DNA of 64,000 nucleotides from Ascoidea asiatica JCM 7603. Lineage: Eukaryota > Fungi > Ascomycota. The notes under the pieces are model-generated. The model was not told the origin of the DNA. It worked only from the letters and a program-made list of their open reading frames with translations, and made no database searches. Below, one piece after another: positions 37,723 to 48,195 of this stretch; positions within the stretch are counted from its first letter, which is position 1, and every line of letters starts with the position of its first letter. The position numbers were made by a program, and so were the translations under genes. The stretch is from positions 191,623-255,622 of the forward strand of contig BCKQ01000002.1 of assembly GCA_001600695.1 (NCBI GenBank), given 5' to 3'.

Positions 37723-37840
37723 TAAATTTGTAATATAATCTTTTTCAATTTAAATTCTGTAAATAAAAACTATTTCAATTCAGCCTAACTTTATTTAAGT
37801 CTATTAGTCTATATAATTATTCATTATAATACATTATCAA

Positions 37841-38755
37841 TTACTTTTTAGTATAAGATATTATTGGCTTAACACCATCGATCTCTATTTCTTTTGTGGT
37901 ATCTTTTACAATTATTGCATTTTCTTCATTTTCATACTCTATAAATGCTAAATTTCGAATTTTAACTAATCTTAGTTCGTAAAACCCTTGAAATTTTTGA
38001 AAAATTGATAGTAATTTATCATTCAAATCCTTTGATGATAATTCCTTTGGCAAATTTTGAATTAATAGAACTTTGTTGGGCGGTAATAAGTTCACGTCAA
38101 TCTTTGGTTTTTTAGCATCAGATTGATCAATTTCATTTTTATTTGAATTTGAATAAGTTTTCATAGTATTTAATTTTCTTTTTATAGAAAGTTCTTTATT
38201 AATTTCTCTTTTTTGTTTACTTTCTCTTCTAATTTTTAAATATTCTTTGAATTTATTTTCTTCGAGTTGAAATTTTAAAGTGGAATCAGAATCAGTTTTA
38301 CTAAATTCTAATGATATAGGATTTCTTCTTCTTTTCTCGGTATTTATATCTGTAGATATATTTATGTTTGAATTTGCATTTTTATTTGAATTTATACAAT
38401 AATTCTTGTTATTATTATCAAATAATGTGTTCAATAGAGTGAAATTATTATCATTTTTGAAATAATTATAGCATTCTAAACATTTATTATGATTTTGAAA
38501 TGAAATAAAAGCTTGACCTTTCATTTTTAAATTTTTATGAGCAGTTATAGATAATATAGGGTACCAGGGAAAATTTTCGTTATTTAATAATTGATTTAAT
38601 TTCAGTTTTAGCGTATTTATTGAAACTTTTTCATTCAAATTTCTTATATATAATGTAGATACATTTGAATTTAAATTGTCTTTAATTTCTTTAGATTTAT
38701 CATTTTTTATAAGATCTTTAGATATTGAAGCCTCTTTGATTACTGAATCAACCAT
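37841..38755 (-). CDS. MUD1: U1 snRNP protein A (two RRMs)
   Basis: TLYIRNLNEKV, KMKGQAFISF, PPNKVLLIQNLP, RNLAFIEYE. First ATG at 38755. Synteny with CBP6. Confidence 0.82.
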   Translation of the reverse strand: MVDSVIKEASISKDLIKNDKSKEIKDNLNSNVSTLYIRNLNEKVSINTLKLKLNQLLNNENFPWYPILSITAHKNLKMKGQAFISFQNHNKCLECYNYFKNDNNFTLLNTLFDNNNKNYCINSNKNANSNINISTDINTEKRRRNPISLEFSKTDSDSTLKFQLEENKFKEYLKIRRESKQKREINKELSIKRKLNTMKTYSNSNKNEIDQSDAKKPKIDVNLLPPNKVLLIQNLPKELSSKDLNDKLLSIFQKFQGFYELRLVKIRNLAFIEYENEENAIIVKDTTKEIEIDGVKPIISYTKK

Positions 38756-39738
38756 TTCAATCAAGAGTTAGAATGTTTGTAATATACTGTATATTATAGG
38801 TACTTTTTTTTCTTAAAAAATAAATCATGAATATTTAATTTAAATAAAAGTAAATACTGACGCAAGAAGCCTTCAAAAGCTCTGTCTACTATTAGTTATT
38901 CAATTGAGACTTCAATCTAGTATGTCACGTGTATATATACAGCACTGTAAGCTATTGTTTTTAAATGTTTTCAAGTAACATGACTGATGAAAAGAACAAG
39001 AAAGTTACCCTGCTGAAGAAATGGACTTTGTCGTGAAAAGAACATGCAATTTGAAAATTGAAAAAATCCTAAAATAAAAAGGTGAGTTCCTTTTTACAAT
39101 TTATAACAGACTGAATAAAAAAATTTTTAAAAAAGGGTGTTAATCATATCAACTAAGGTAATAAAATTTTAGAACCATGAATTAAAACATTTTAAATAAA
39201 TATCAAAGATAAAAATCATTAAAATAAATAACACTAAAGAAAAGTTAATCAAATTAAATAGGTAAACCTTGAAGGATAATTTATTTTTTTCTTTGACACA
39301 GAAAACTAAACTATCCATCAAGACTTTTACAAAACTAATTGGCATCTACCTTATGGATGCCAAATAGTTTTACCTGCAAAAATTACTAAACATATAGAAG
39401 AGCCGAAGGGCTAAAATTAACAAATAGAATTATTTATTAAAAAATTTAAAAAAAAATGAGCGTTGAAAAAAGTGAAAATGATCTTACTTAGAGTAAGTAA
39501 ACTTGCAAAAGTGATTAAATGAATTTACATTGCAAGTCCAAATTAAGAAAAGTGCAAGAACCTCGAGAAAGAATTGAATAATACCGAGTGTTCATATATA
39601 AATAAGCTAGAAATGAAAAAGAAATAAAAGAGAAAATGTAAGAGAAAATGAAAATGAAGTTGAGAAAGAAAATGAAAGCGTAACTGTAAAAGCATGAATA
39701 GAAATTTACTCAAGAATATCAAAAATCCATTTGTTTTT

Positions 39739-40215
39739 CTAAAGTAAAATAACCGAAAAAAGAATTAGAAAAGGAGAAGTAAAAGATGATAAAGAACATA
39801 AATTGCCTGCATTCAGAGAGGTTTTGGTAGAAACGGATTTGATATTTACACCTGTAACAGTATTATCATCATCTACATCAGGAAGTAATCTTGTTGCATC
39901 TATAAAATAAGTTGAGTCTTGGATTTTATAGGAATAGGAAGTTGTGATTACAATTTTGGAAAGTGAAGCTGAATTGTCATATCGTTTGATATTTTTTGCT
40001 GAATTTATTTTTTTTTGGTGCATCTCATTAAACATCTGGCTGTTATAGTTATAATTTAATATAGTGGTAGTTAAAGGTGTAGGAGCTGATAGAGATTCTA
40101 CTGAATCTATAATTAGAGTCGAAGTTGGTTTTGTATTTTTGCTTAATGGCATTCCTTCTATCAAAACTGAAAGCCATATTATTGTTAAAAGCGAAAATAC
40201 TTGTTTTAAAATCAT
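39739..40215 (-). CDS. Small secreted, probably GPI-anchored Ser/Thr-rich protein of unknown family
   Basis: Signal-peptide-like N-terminus, internal IKR, and C-terminal NAG followed by a spacer and hydrophobic tail. Confidence 0.65.
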   Translation of the reverse strand: MILKQVFSLLTIIWLSVLIEGMPLSKNTKPTSTLIIDSVESLSAPTPLTTTILNYNYNSQMFNEMHQKKINSAKNIKRYDNSASLSKIVITTSYSYKIQDSTYFIDATRLLPDVDDDNTVTGVNIKSVSTKTSLNAGNLCSLSSFTSPFLILFSVILL

Positions 40216-41121
40216 ATTCTTAATTTATGTACTATATTAAATGTATCAAATATTTTTTGATAATATCTCAAAAAGTTTGAAGGATCAACTGAAAATAAAA
40301 AAATTCTGTCTAAAGTAATTGAGTTGAATTTAATCAAGCCACCTTCCAATATCTTTATTGATTTCTGTAAATTGATAAAATCTATGAGAAGATAAGAAAT
40401 TGTAATAAATCCTAATAATAAGGATGAATTGAATTTAATGACTGAGGGAAAATACTAAATTTTATTTGAAAATAAAAATAAAGAAAAATCAGTGATTTTT
40501 GAATATCTTTTCTTTTGGGAACCTGAATTCAATATTACTTATAAAAAACATCATCAGTGAAAGAAAACGTTAAAAGAAAAAAAGAAATTGAATCTACTTT
40601 GAAAAGACTGCTTTTCTCAACATTACTAAAGCACTGAATCAAATTTTTATATTTGGCCTACTTTGAGAAAACGAACGTTACCTCTGAAAAATTGGGTCTT
40701 ATTATGGGTCTGATTATGGTATGCGTAAAAGTTTTCTACGATTAGAGGACTTTGGCTAGAACAAAACAATAGGTTTTTGAAAATGCTGATTGTCTATTGT
40801 CAGAAGTTAAATACAAGCACTTACCCGCAGTTATCTGTCGAATCGGTTTTTTCACGCCCAAAAATAGAAAAGACCTAATCCAGCCGCAGTTTCTGCCGAC
40901 GATCTTAAAATACTGGGCAGTTATGATTCTACTAAAAACACTCCCAATAAAGTTTTGCGTTGAATGCGCTGACCATTAACTTACTTACTGAATTCCAATA
41001 TGGGCAATATTAATTTTTCAAATAAAAGAGGACATTTGTGGCGCACCGAGCACGTGATGCTGACTTTTCTAAAAATTACGTGTCGTAGATAATAATAAAA
41101 TTTGAAAAATATCCAAAATTA

Positions 41122-41127
41122 ACGCGT
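41122..41127. promoter_or_regulatory. MCB element upstream of CAC1/RLF2
   Basis: ACGCGT about 230 bp upstream of an S-phase chromatin-assembly gene. CACGTG also occurs at 41051-41056. Confidence 0.5.
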
Positions 41128-41356
41128 TTAAGAATATGCTGTAGATAGTAGACAGTAATTTGATGAAATATTTGAGCTTATCCATTTCTTTTTAATTATT
41201 CAACCATTCAACAATAATTTAAAGATACAGCAGAAGATAAAAAGTTCGAGTTTTAGTTTTTGAATCAAAACTTTTTAGGCATTGATCTTTTCGTCCACAC
41301 ACGATTTTTCTCCAATAAAAACCTGAATAGATATATGAAGTATTTAACATTAAGCA

Positions 41357-43399
41357 ATGGTTCAACAGCAATTGCATTTGCCTTTTCAGTCAATATCAAC
41401 TCAGTCTAATAATAAAACTTTTGAAACAAATAATGATATAAAGAAATTTAATGCATGCTCAAAAATTAATATCGATGAAAAAGAAAATATTAATTCTCAA
41501 CTAGATATTAGTTCTGGTACAATTGTTCTTACTGATGAATCTGATTCAGATGTTGAATCAAACTCAGATTATGAGTTGATAGAAGTAATACAGGACTCTA
41601 ATAAATCAGATAAAACTGATGGAAGTACCTCCAGAAAAATTTTATGTGGAACAGAGCTTTCAAATGATTGCCCAAATAATACTTCCAGAACCACTACAAC
41701 CACTACTACTTGCATTAGTAATAATACTGTTATTAATAATGCTCCTACTAAAAAGGAGTTACTAAAATTGAAGAACTTACAGAAAAGAAAAGAAAGAGAT
41801 CGAATGAGAGAAATCCAGCGGAAGAAAAATGGAGAAATTAAGAAACAATTACAAAAAAGAAGAGATGAAGAGAAAATGCAAAAAGAAGAAGAAAAAAATA
41901 GACTTAGAAAAGAGAAAGAAGAGGAGAAAAACAAACTTAAACTAGAACGAGAAGAAAAAAAGCGAAAACTTGAACAAGAGCGATTCACTTTGAAGCAAGA
42001 ACGAGAATATAAAAAAAAAAGAATAGAGGAAATGAAAAGAAAAAAAATTGAGTTTGAACAAAAGTCTCAAAAGAGAATAGGTAGTTTCTTTCAAGTAATT
42101 TCTTCTCCTATATCCAAAACTTATAGCGAACAATTTTCTACAACAAAATCAAGAGACTTTGAATGTAAAATCAGCTCAGAAAAAATTCCATTTCCTACTT
42201 TGATTAGCTCGCAGGAGAATGAGTTAACTTCAATATCTTCAAAGCCTATTTTTTTTGAAAAATACTTTTTAGATTTTTACTTGAAAGAGAATTGCCATAT
42301 ATCCCCTCTTTACCAATGTTCCGACTTACAGCTTAAAGACTCAATATCAATATTCGACTCTAAGGCGAGTTTTAATAATTCGAGAAAGAAAAGACAGGTG
42401 GCTAACATGAAAAAATGGTTTATCAAACAAAATTTGGAAAGAGGATTTCAAATTTCTTCTACTGCTTCTGATATTGTCGATTCAATCAATAGTTCTCAGA
42501 TAAGTGAAGAGAATATAAAAAAAAAAATATCACACCTTTCAGTCAAGTATTTATTGTTTTATGAAAATATCAGACCCCCTTATTGCGGAACTTTTTCCAA
42601 AGACCCTTCAATTATTTCTCCTTTAAATCCTTTCAATACAAAAAAAACAGGTCTTACGTATGACTACGATTCCGACAATGAATGGGAGGACTCTCAAGAA
42701 AATGAAGAAGGTGAAGAAGAAGACTTAGATGTTGAAGGTTATGAAAGTGATGATGATGTAAATGAAGATGGGCTGGATGAGTTAGACGATTTTGTGACAT
42801 TAGATGATCAGGAAGGCGGTCCTCAGAGGAGAATTATTGTACCTTTACGCCCTTCCGTTAAAGTCAACAAATTTGATTACAGGGATGAAAACTATCAAAT
42901 ATTTGATTCTATGCATGCCGAGATATTACTAAACAATTTGAATTTCCCCATAAATCCATTTTTCAACTATTGGGAAACTGATCCACCTTTAAAAAATAAA
43001 GTATGCTTAAAAAGACAACTTATAAACGATAATTCAACTAAAGCCACTTTGGAGAATTGTTGTCAGGCTGTAGTTTCCCATTCTGAACATAAGGACAGTT
43101 TAAAACATTCATTGTCTAGCGACTTTTCTAATTCTCAAGTGAAGAAAAAACAAAAGAATGGTATTAGAAGCATGATAACTAACAAAGATCATTTGCTTTT
43201 GATTTGTGAATATATTTTAGAGAATAATGACTTTAGTTTAGTTACATTAGTGGAAGTTCTTACAAAAGAACTCAATCAATATAGCAAAGTGACTATGAAA
43301 TATACAATAGAAGAATTAGCAAAAAAAGAAGTTTATGGTAACCAAAGAAAATGGATTATCAATTCAAATATTTATAATAGACTAAAGTTGTGTTCTTAA
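41357..43399 (+). CDS. RLF2: Chromatin assembly factor 1 large subunit (Cac1)
   Basis: KER charged helix, PIP-like QKRIGSFF, FYENIRPPYCGT, YDYDSDNEWE, acidic ED tract, C-terminal winged-helix-like region. Confidence 0.92.
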   Translation: MVQQQLHLPFQSISTQSNNKTFETNNDIKKFNACSKINIDEKENINSQLDISSGTIVLTDESDSDVESNSDYELIEVIQDSNKSDKTDGSTSRKILCGTELSNDCPNNTSRTTTTTTTCISNNTVINNAPTKKELLKLKNLQKRKERDRMREIQRKKNGEIKKQLQKRRDEEKMQKEEEKNRLRKEKEEEKNKLKLEREEKKRKLEQERFTLKQEREYKKKRIEEMKRKKIEFEQKSQKRIGSFFQVISSPISKTYSEQFSTTKSRDFECKISSEKIPFPTLISSQENELTSISSKPIFFEKYFLDFYLKENCHISPLYQCSDLQLKDSISIFDSKASFNNSRKKRQVANMKKWFIKQNLERGFQISSTASDIVDSINSSQISEENIKKKISHLSVKYLLFYENIRPPYCGTFSKDPSIISPLNPFNTKKTGLTYDYDSDNEWEDSQENEEGEEEDLDVEGYESDDDVNEDGLDELDDFVTLDDQEGGPQRRIIVPLRPSVKVNKFDYRDENYQIFDSMHAEILLNNLNFPINPFFNYWETDPPLKNKVCLKRQLINDNSTKATLENCCQAVVSHSEHKDSLKHSLSSDFSNSQVKKKQKNGIRSMITNKDHLLLICEYILENNDFSLVTLVEVLTKELNQYSKVTMKYTIEELAKKEVYGNQRKWIINSNIYNRLKLCS

Positions 43400-44000
43400 A
43401 GCCATTGTCGAGAATAATATTATTCATTGATAACATATAACAAAGATTTGTAAATTTCTTAAATCATTAAGAATCCTTTCTAAGTGTTTAAAACCATTAA
43501 CTGTTATCATATAACTTCAGGTTATAAGTTATTGTGACAAAGTGAAGGTTAGTTAAATAAACCATTGGCTATAAATAATAGTTATTTCAAAGGGAAAATA
43601 TTAATAGAACGTGGACATAAGAAGAAAGAAAAATAAGATATTTAAAAATCTATATAAAAAGACAAATAAATAACTTTAAACCTAATCAAATAATTAGCGA
43701 AGTACTGCCGAAGCAAAATGCATTTAAATCATAAAAAAGTTTACTCAATGATACTAATCAAAATAGTCTAAATATAATTAAGACAGGAATAATAATCTGA
43801 CTATGTAATTTTATAACAAAAGCAAAATAAAAAGCCATCAACATGAAAAAAAAAGTGAATGTTTAACCAATTTCAAAAAGTTAGTATCATAAGCTGATCT
43901 ACCAATCCCTCGAAGCAAAGCATCGCTTTTGTCGTTTTAGCAGAGATTGTCCATGTTAGCTATGATTCAGAGAGATGATTATTTTGTAGCAAAATATAAT

Positions 44001-47000
44001 TCAGTAAGGTAAGACAGACCTGTATTCTTTTGGAAATTGACCATCGGGGCTTTGAGCTTGCGAACTAATTTGTTGTTCATTACCAGATTTTTCCTGTTTA
44101 AAACTCAAAGAATCTGAAATTTGATAATTTTGAGAATTATGCTGGGGATCCAAATAAGTTTGGGAGATTTCTGAAGGATTTGAATGGCTGGAAGAACCAT
44201 TTAATTGTGAACTTTGGGCTCTATTTATGTTTTTGAAAGACCGAGTTTCTAGTGGGGGGATAGGAGACGACCCATTTAATAAATTATTGTTTGTATTAGG
44301 TATATAGTGCATATTGACATTCAAATTTATGCCCATATTCATTGAGTCGTTTAAATTGTGTAAATTTGGATGAATTGGATTTCCTAACATAATGGCTTCT
44401 GAAAGAGAATTTGACAAGGAATCTTGTATTTCATTAGAAATCGTGTTCGTCATATGATTTGAAAGACCATTACCAATCGAGTTTTTCAAGGAACTATTGA
44501 AAGACAAATTTTGGTTTATGGAGCGGTTTATCTCTGTAAACATTTCTGGATTCCTTTCTAGGTTCTGACCTATATTTCCTAAAGCCCTGGGGTCATTAAC
44601 ATCAGTAGTATCTAAATCTGCTGCAACTCTCATTCTTTTTCTTTGATTATTTATGTCAGTGAATTTTTTAGAAGGCGTAGCGTTCTCGTCCAACTTTCTG
44701 ATACTATTACTTGCTATTTTCGAAATTTTATTGATTTTACTATTGAGTCTATTTTTCTTTTCTAACAATATAATATTTCTTGAAATGTGTGGATGATTAT
44801 TCTCGTCATTTGCTGAATTATTTTGGGTGCCATTAGATTGGAGTTTAGTCCTATTATTGAAATTTTCGATATATGATTCGTTTGAAATATTAGAGTAATC
44901 TTCGGATTTTGATTCATTTTTAACCTCAAGCTTATCATGGAATGAGAAAACTTCTCGATTTTCTGTGCTATCCATATTGTTCCAATTTTTTAGCACTGAA
45001 TCTTCACTTAACTGCTTAACAAAGCTATCTTTTGAGATAGTAATGAAATTTAGTAGAAACGCTTTTTGATCTTCGTTTAAACTAGTTGGTTTGATTGCTT
45101 TAACGAAAGTTTGAGCAATATTGCAAGTTTCGGTTACATCGTTTATTTTACTCAAATGATCCTTGATATTTCCGTATTCCTTAAGTTTAAAGTTAGTTAA
45201 TGATTCTATATCTATTTCTCCATCAAGGCCTAGCGAAAGACTAGAATTAGATTCTCGTTGAAAAAAATTTTTATATGCAAAAGATGTTAGTCTGTTTGGA
45301 TCTAGTGGAAAAATTCCTGAATCCTTGAATCCTTTTAGGACCTTTCTTGAAGTTAATGAACGGTTTTTGGCTTTAAAATATAGTTCTATAGCTTCAAATA
45401 TCGATAAAATGTATAATCGATTTTCCATGTTATTATGTTCTTCAGAATTATTGATACTTTTATTGTTTTGGTTTTTATTCTCAGCTCCTTCCATTAAAGG
45501 TTTAATTAGGCTATTAAGAGTCTCTTTCAAAGTTTTAAAAATTCCGAGATCTAAGGGTTGAATTGTATTTTCATTCAACTTTAAATTATTCAAGCTTGAC
45601 TGATTAATATCATTATCTTTGTTAGAAAACGAATTGGTAGAAAAAGAACGAGATGCTGGATTAACTGAAGGTAGAATAAATAGAGTAACATTAGCTAGTT
45701 TACATGTTTTTATAAATTTATAAGAGATAAAAGAATTTGAGTTAACAGCGTCACAGATTAGCAATCTTTTAGGGCCAAAATTACCTGTTAAAGGTAAAAA
45801 ATGGTTAACTAGCCATTCATATGCCGAATCTGGGGTGGGAAATCCAGTATCAGTCAATTGAGCATAGCATTGAGAATGTTTTGCCCTGATTTTTGCTTTC
45901 AATGAATCTAATGATAACTCACTGTTATAGTTGGAAGATGTTTTTAAAATTACCGAGGAAGGAAGGAATGATCCATTTGAACAAATGCATTCAAGAAAAG
46001 ATATTACATATCTATCTTGACATTTCGAAGGGAAAACAGCAAATCTATCTTTAAAATCATAAGAAGTTAATATCGAAAACCTTTTATTAGAAACACTTTC
46101 AAATTTGGTAACATTAGAATTACTGACTTCTGATTTTGATTTCAATTTTCTTTGAGACAGTTTTTTACACTCTTTTTGAGACAATTGACAAATTTGAGGA
46201 TCAGTTTGTAGATCAGTTTGAAGATCGGCTTCTGAATTGAATTGAAATATTTGCTGTTGATTCACTTGAGATTGGCTTGAATATAAAAGTGAAATTTGAT
46301 CAAAATTGAATATAGAGTTTGAATCAAATTTTTCAAGCTTTATCAATTCTTCAAAATCATGAACCCAGGTTATTATATTTGTAGTATCAGAAGTAGAAAT
46401 GTTATTAATGTTATTATCACTATTAACTTTATTAGAGAAATTATGCTTTTGATCAGAATTTTCAGTTGAGGGAATATTCAAAGAATTACCTAAAAATTGA
46501 TTGAAAGAATCTGAATATGAGGAATTACTCAAATTGTAAGTATTTGAAAAGTTAGATGTACCCTTAGAAGAATTAAAAGGTGTTAATATTGAAGGATTTG
46601 AAGGTACTGACTGAATTTTATTATTTTTTGTGAAATGTAAGTTTGGCTTTCTTGAAATAAATCGATGAACATATTCAATAGTTGTATAATGCTTTTCATT
46701 GGATAATTTATTGGGTATGGAGTATAATTTTTTTGGTCTTTTATTTTCAGACCTTTCTAAAATTATTTCATCATAAAGATTCAAAAAGCCATAAACATCG
46801 GGAGGAGAACCAATTTTAGACCAGGAGTTAATTCTATAAACTAAAGAGTTTTCTTCATCAGGAGATAAATTTTGTTGGGATACATGTGCTAAGTAAAAAG
46901 GTTTTGTTTCACCATTTTTTCTTCTTAAGCATGTTCTTCTGTTTACTTCAAATAATTTTTCAACTAATTGCCAAGTAGCGGTTTTATTATTTTCTTTATA

Positions 47001-47069
47001 TTCAATAGCTTTTTTTATTCTTTCTTCTTTTTCAAGTATTTGATGTATCTTTTTTGAATTCTTGGCCAT
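44001..47069 (-). CDS. pogo/Fot1-family transposase-derived protein (HTH + CENP-B-type HTH + DDE_1 domain + low-complexity tail); likely domesticated
   Basis: EERIKKAIE...FEVNRRTCLRRKNG...AHVSQQNLSPDEENSLVYRI...GSPP; IFNFDQISL; SFLECICSNGSFLPSSVILK; GFPTPDSAYEWLVNHFLP; RLLICD; IQPLDLGIFKTLK; KGFKDSGIFPLDP. Confidence 0.88.
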   Translation of the reverse strand: MAKNSKKIHQILEKEERIKKAIEYKENNKTATWQLVEKLFEVNRRTCLRRKNGETKPFYLAHVSQQNLSPDEENSLVYRINSWSKIGSPPDVYGFLNLYDEIILERSENKRPKKLYSIPNKLSNEKHYTTIEYVHRFISRKPNLHFTKNNKIQSVPSNPSILTPFNSSKGTSNFSNTYNLSNSSYSDSFNQFLGNSLNIPSTENSDQKHNFSNKVNSDNNINNISTSDTTNIITWVHDFEELIKLEKFDSNSIFNFDQISLLYSSQSQVNQQQIFQFNSEADLQTDLQTDPQICQLSQKECKKLSQRKLKSKSEVSNSNVTKFESVSNKRFSILTSYDFKDRFAVFPSKCQDRYVISFLECICSNGSFLPSSVILKTSSNYNSELSLDSLKAKIRAKHSQCYAQLTDTGFPTPDSAYEWLVNHFLPLTGNFGPKRLLICDAVNSNSFISYKFIKTCKLANVTLFILPSVNPASRSFSTNSFSNKDNDINQSSLNNLKLNENTIQPLDLGIFKTLKETLNSLIKPLMEGAENKNQNNKSINNSEEHNNMENRLYILSIFEAIELYFKAKNRSLTSRKVLKGFKDSGIFPLDPNRLTSFAYKNFFQRESNSSLSLGLDGEIDIESLTNFKLKEYGNIKDHLSKINDVTETCNIAQTFVKAIKPTSLNEDQKAFLLNFITISKDSFVKQLSEDSVLKNWNNMDSTENREVFSFHDKLEVKNESKSEDYSNISNESYIENFNNRTKLQSNGTQNNSANDENNHPHISRNIILLEKKNRLNSKINKISKIASNSIRKLDENATPSKKFTDINNQRKRMRVAADLDTTDVNDPRALGNIGQNLERNPEMFTEINRSINQNLSFNSSLKNSIGNGLSNHMTNTISNEIQDSLSNSLSEAIMLGNPIHPNLHNLNDSMNMGINLNVNMHYIPNTNNNLLNGSSPIPPLETRSFKNINRAQSSQLNGSSSHSNPSEISQTYLDPQHNSQNYQISDSLSFKQEKSGNEQQISSQAQSPDGQFPKEYRSVLPY

Positions 47070-48195
47070 AATTCTTTTATAAAGACAATTTTTTTTGTTT
47101 TCTTTTCAATCCTACTGTAAAAGTAGCTGTTTTTCTAAAATTTTGAAAATGCTAAAATACTTTTTAAATGCTATTTTGGGCAATTCATTATACACTAACA
47201 AAAGCTGTAAGATTTAATTATAAACAAATCAAATTTATATATGAGTAGCTCAAATTATTAATATCTACTATTATTAGGAGTTTTGAGAAGGTAAAGTTGA
47301 AATTGATAGGTTAAGGAATTATGCTAGAAAATATTACTCAATAAGTTTTAAATCCTCAACGAAATTAAACATATGTTTTTGTTCAATATAACGATTAAAA
47401 TCAATAAACAAGGAGAAAAACAAAATTGGAGTTAAAGTTTCCCTAATAAATAAGTCTAATACAATCAAACAAATATCCTCACTTTTTAATAAAATTCAAC
47501 CATAATCTGCTTACAACAAATCATAGTAACTGTTTTTTTGGTTAACGGTAACATAAATTACCTTTTTAATCACATTTAGCGTTATCGTTAACGTTAAAGG
47601 ATATCTGCACCACCCACGCAATTTCTAAGAAGACTTTGGTTCGGCCGTGGAGTGCGTATATCTAAATATTTGTGCAGACTTGCCAGCAATCCCTGCGACA
47701 CCAGGACCAGGTGTACGCACGTTAGCATTTTTTGGGAACCAAAAACAAAATCCATATATTTGGCGATGTAGTTTTGAATTGCACTTCTTAGGATGTTTTT
47801 TGTTAGTTTATAGGACAGTTCATTGCTTCGGTGTCCCATTTAAGTGCAAGTTTTTTGAAAAACATTAAAAGACTGTCTTGCCACTAACAAAGATGTCTCC
47901 GATATGTCCAGGGCCTTTATTATTACACTTTATTGTAGTTTAAACACTTACCCCGTTATCTAGCCACCTGATCCGTAGTTTATCTGGAAGCTAAGTATCG
48001 CGCATTTGCAAATTGCATCTTTTAAATAAACCTATAATTCTTATTGGAATTCTTATGAAGAACCAAAATATACTTTACTTGATTAATTATTCTAAGCTTG
48101 TTCTAAAGAATAATACACTATTTTTAAACAAAACGTAAAGTTACTCATAAGTTATATCATTTCACTTTAAATTTAATATATCAAAAATTAAAATA

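Noticed and set aside
12189-47069. The pogo-like protein as mobiliser of the TIR element
   Set aside because: Different superfamilies: pogo makes TA TSDs, whereas this element has a 9-bp TSD and MULE-like remnants.
43400-47600. TIRs around the pogo-like ORF (e.g. TAACGTTA at about 47589-47596 resembling a Fot1 end)
   Set aside because: No matching inverted partner was found downstream of the ORF by eye.
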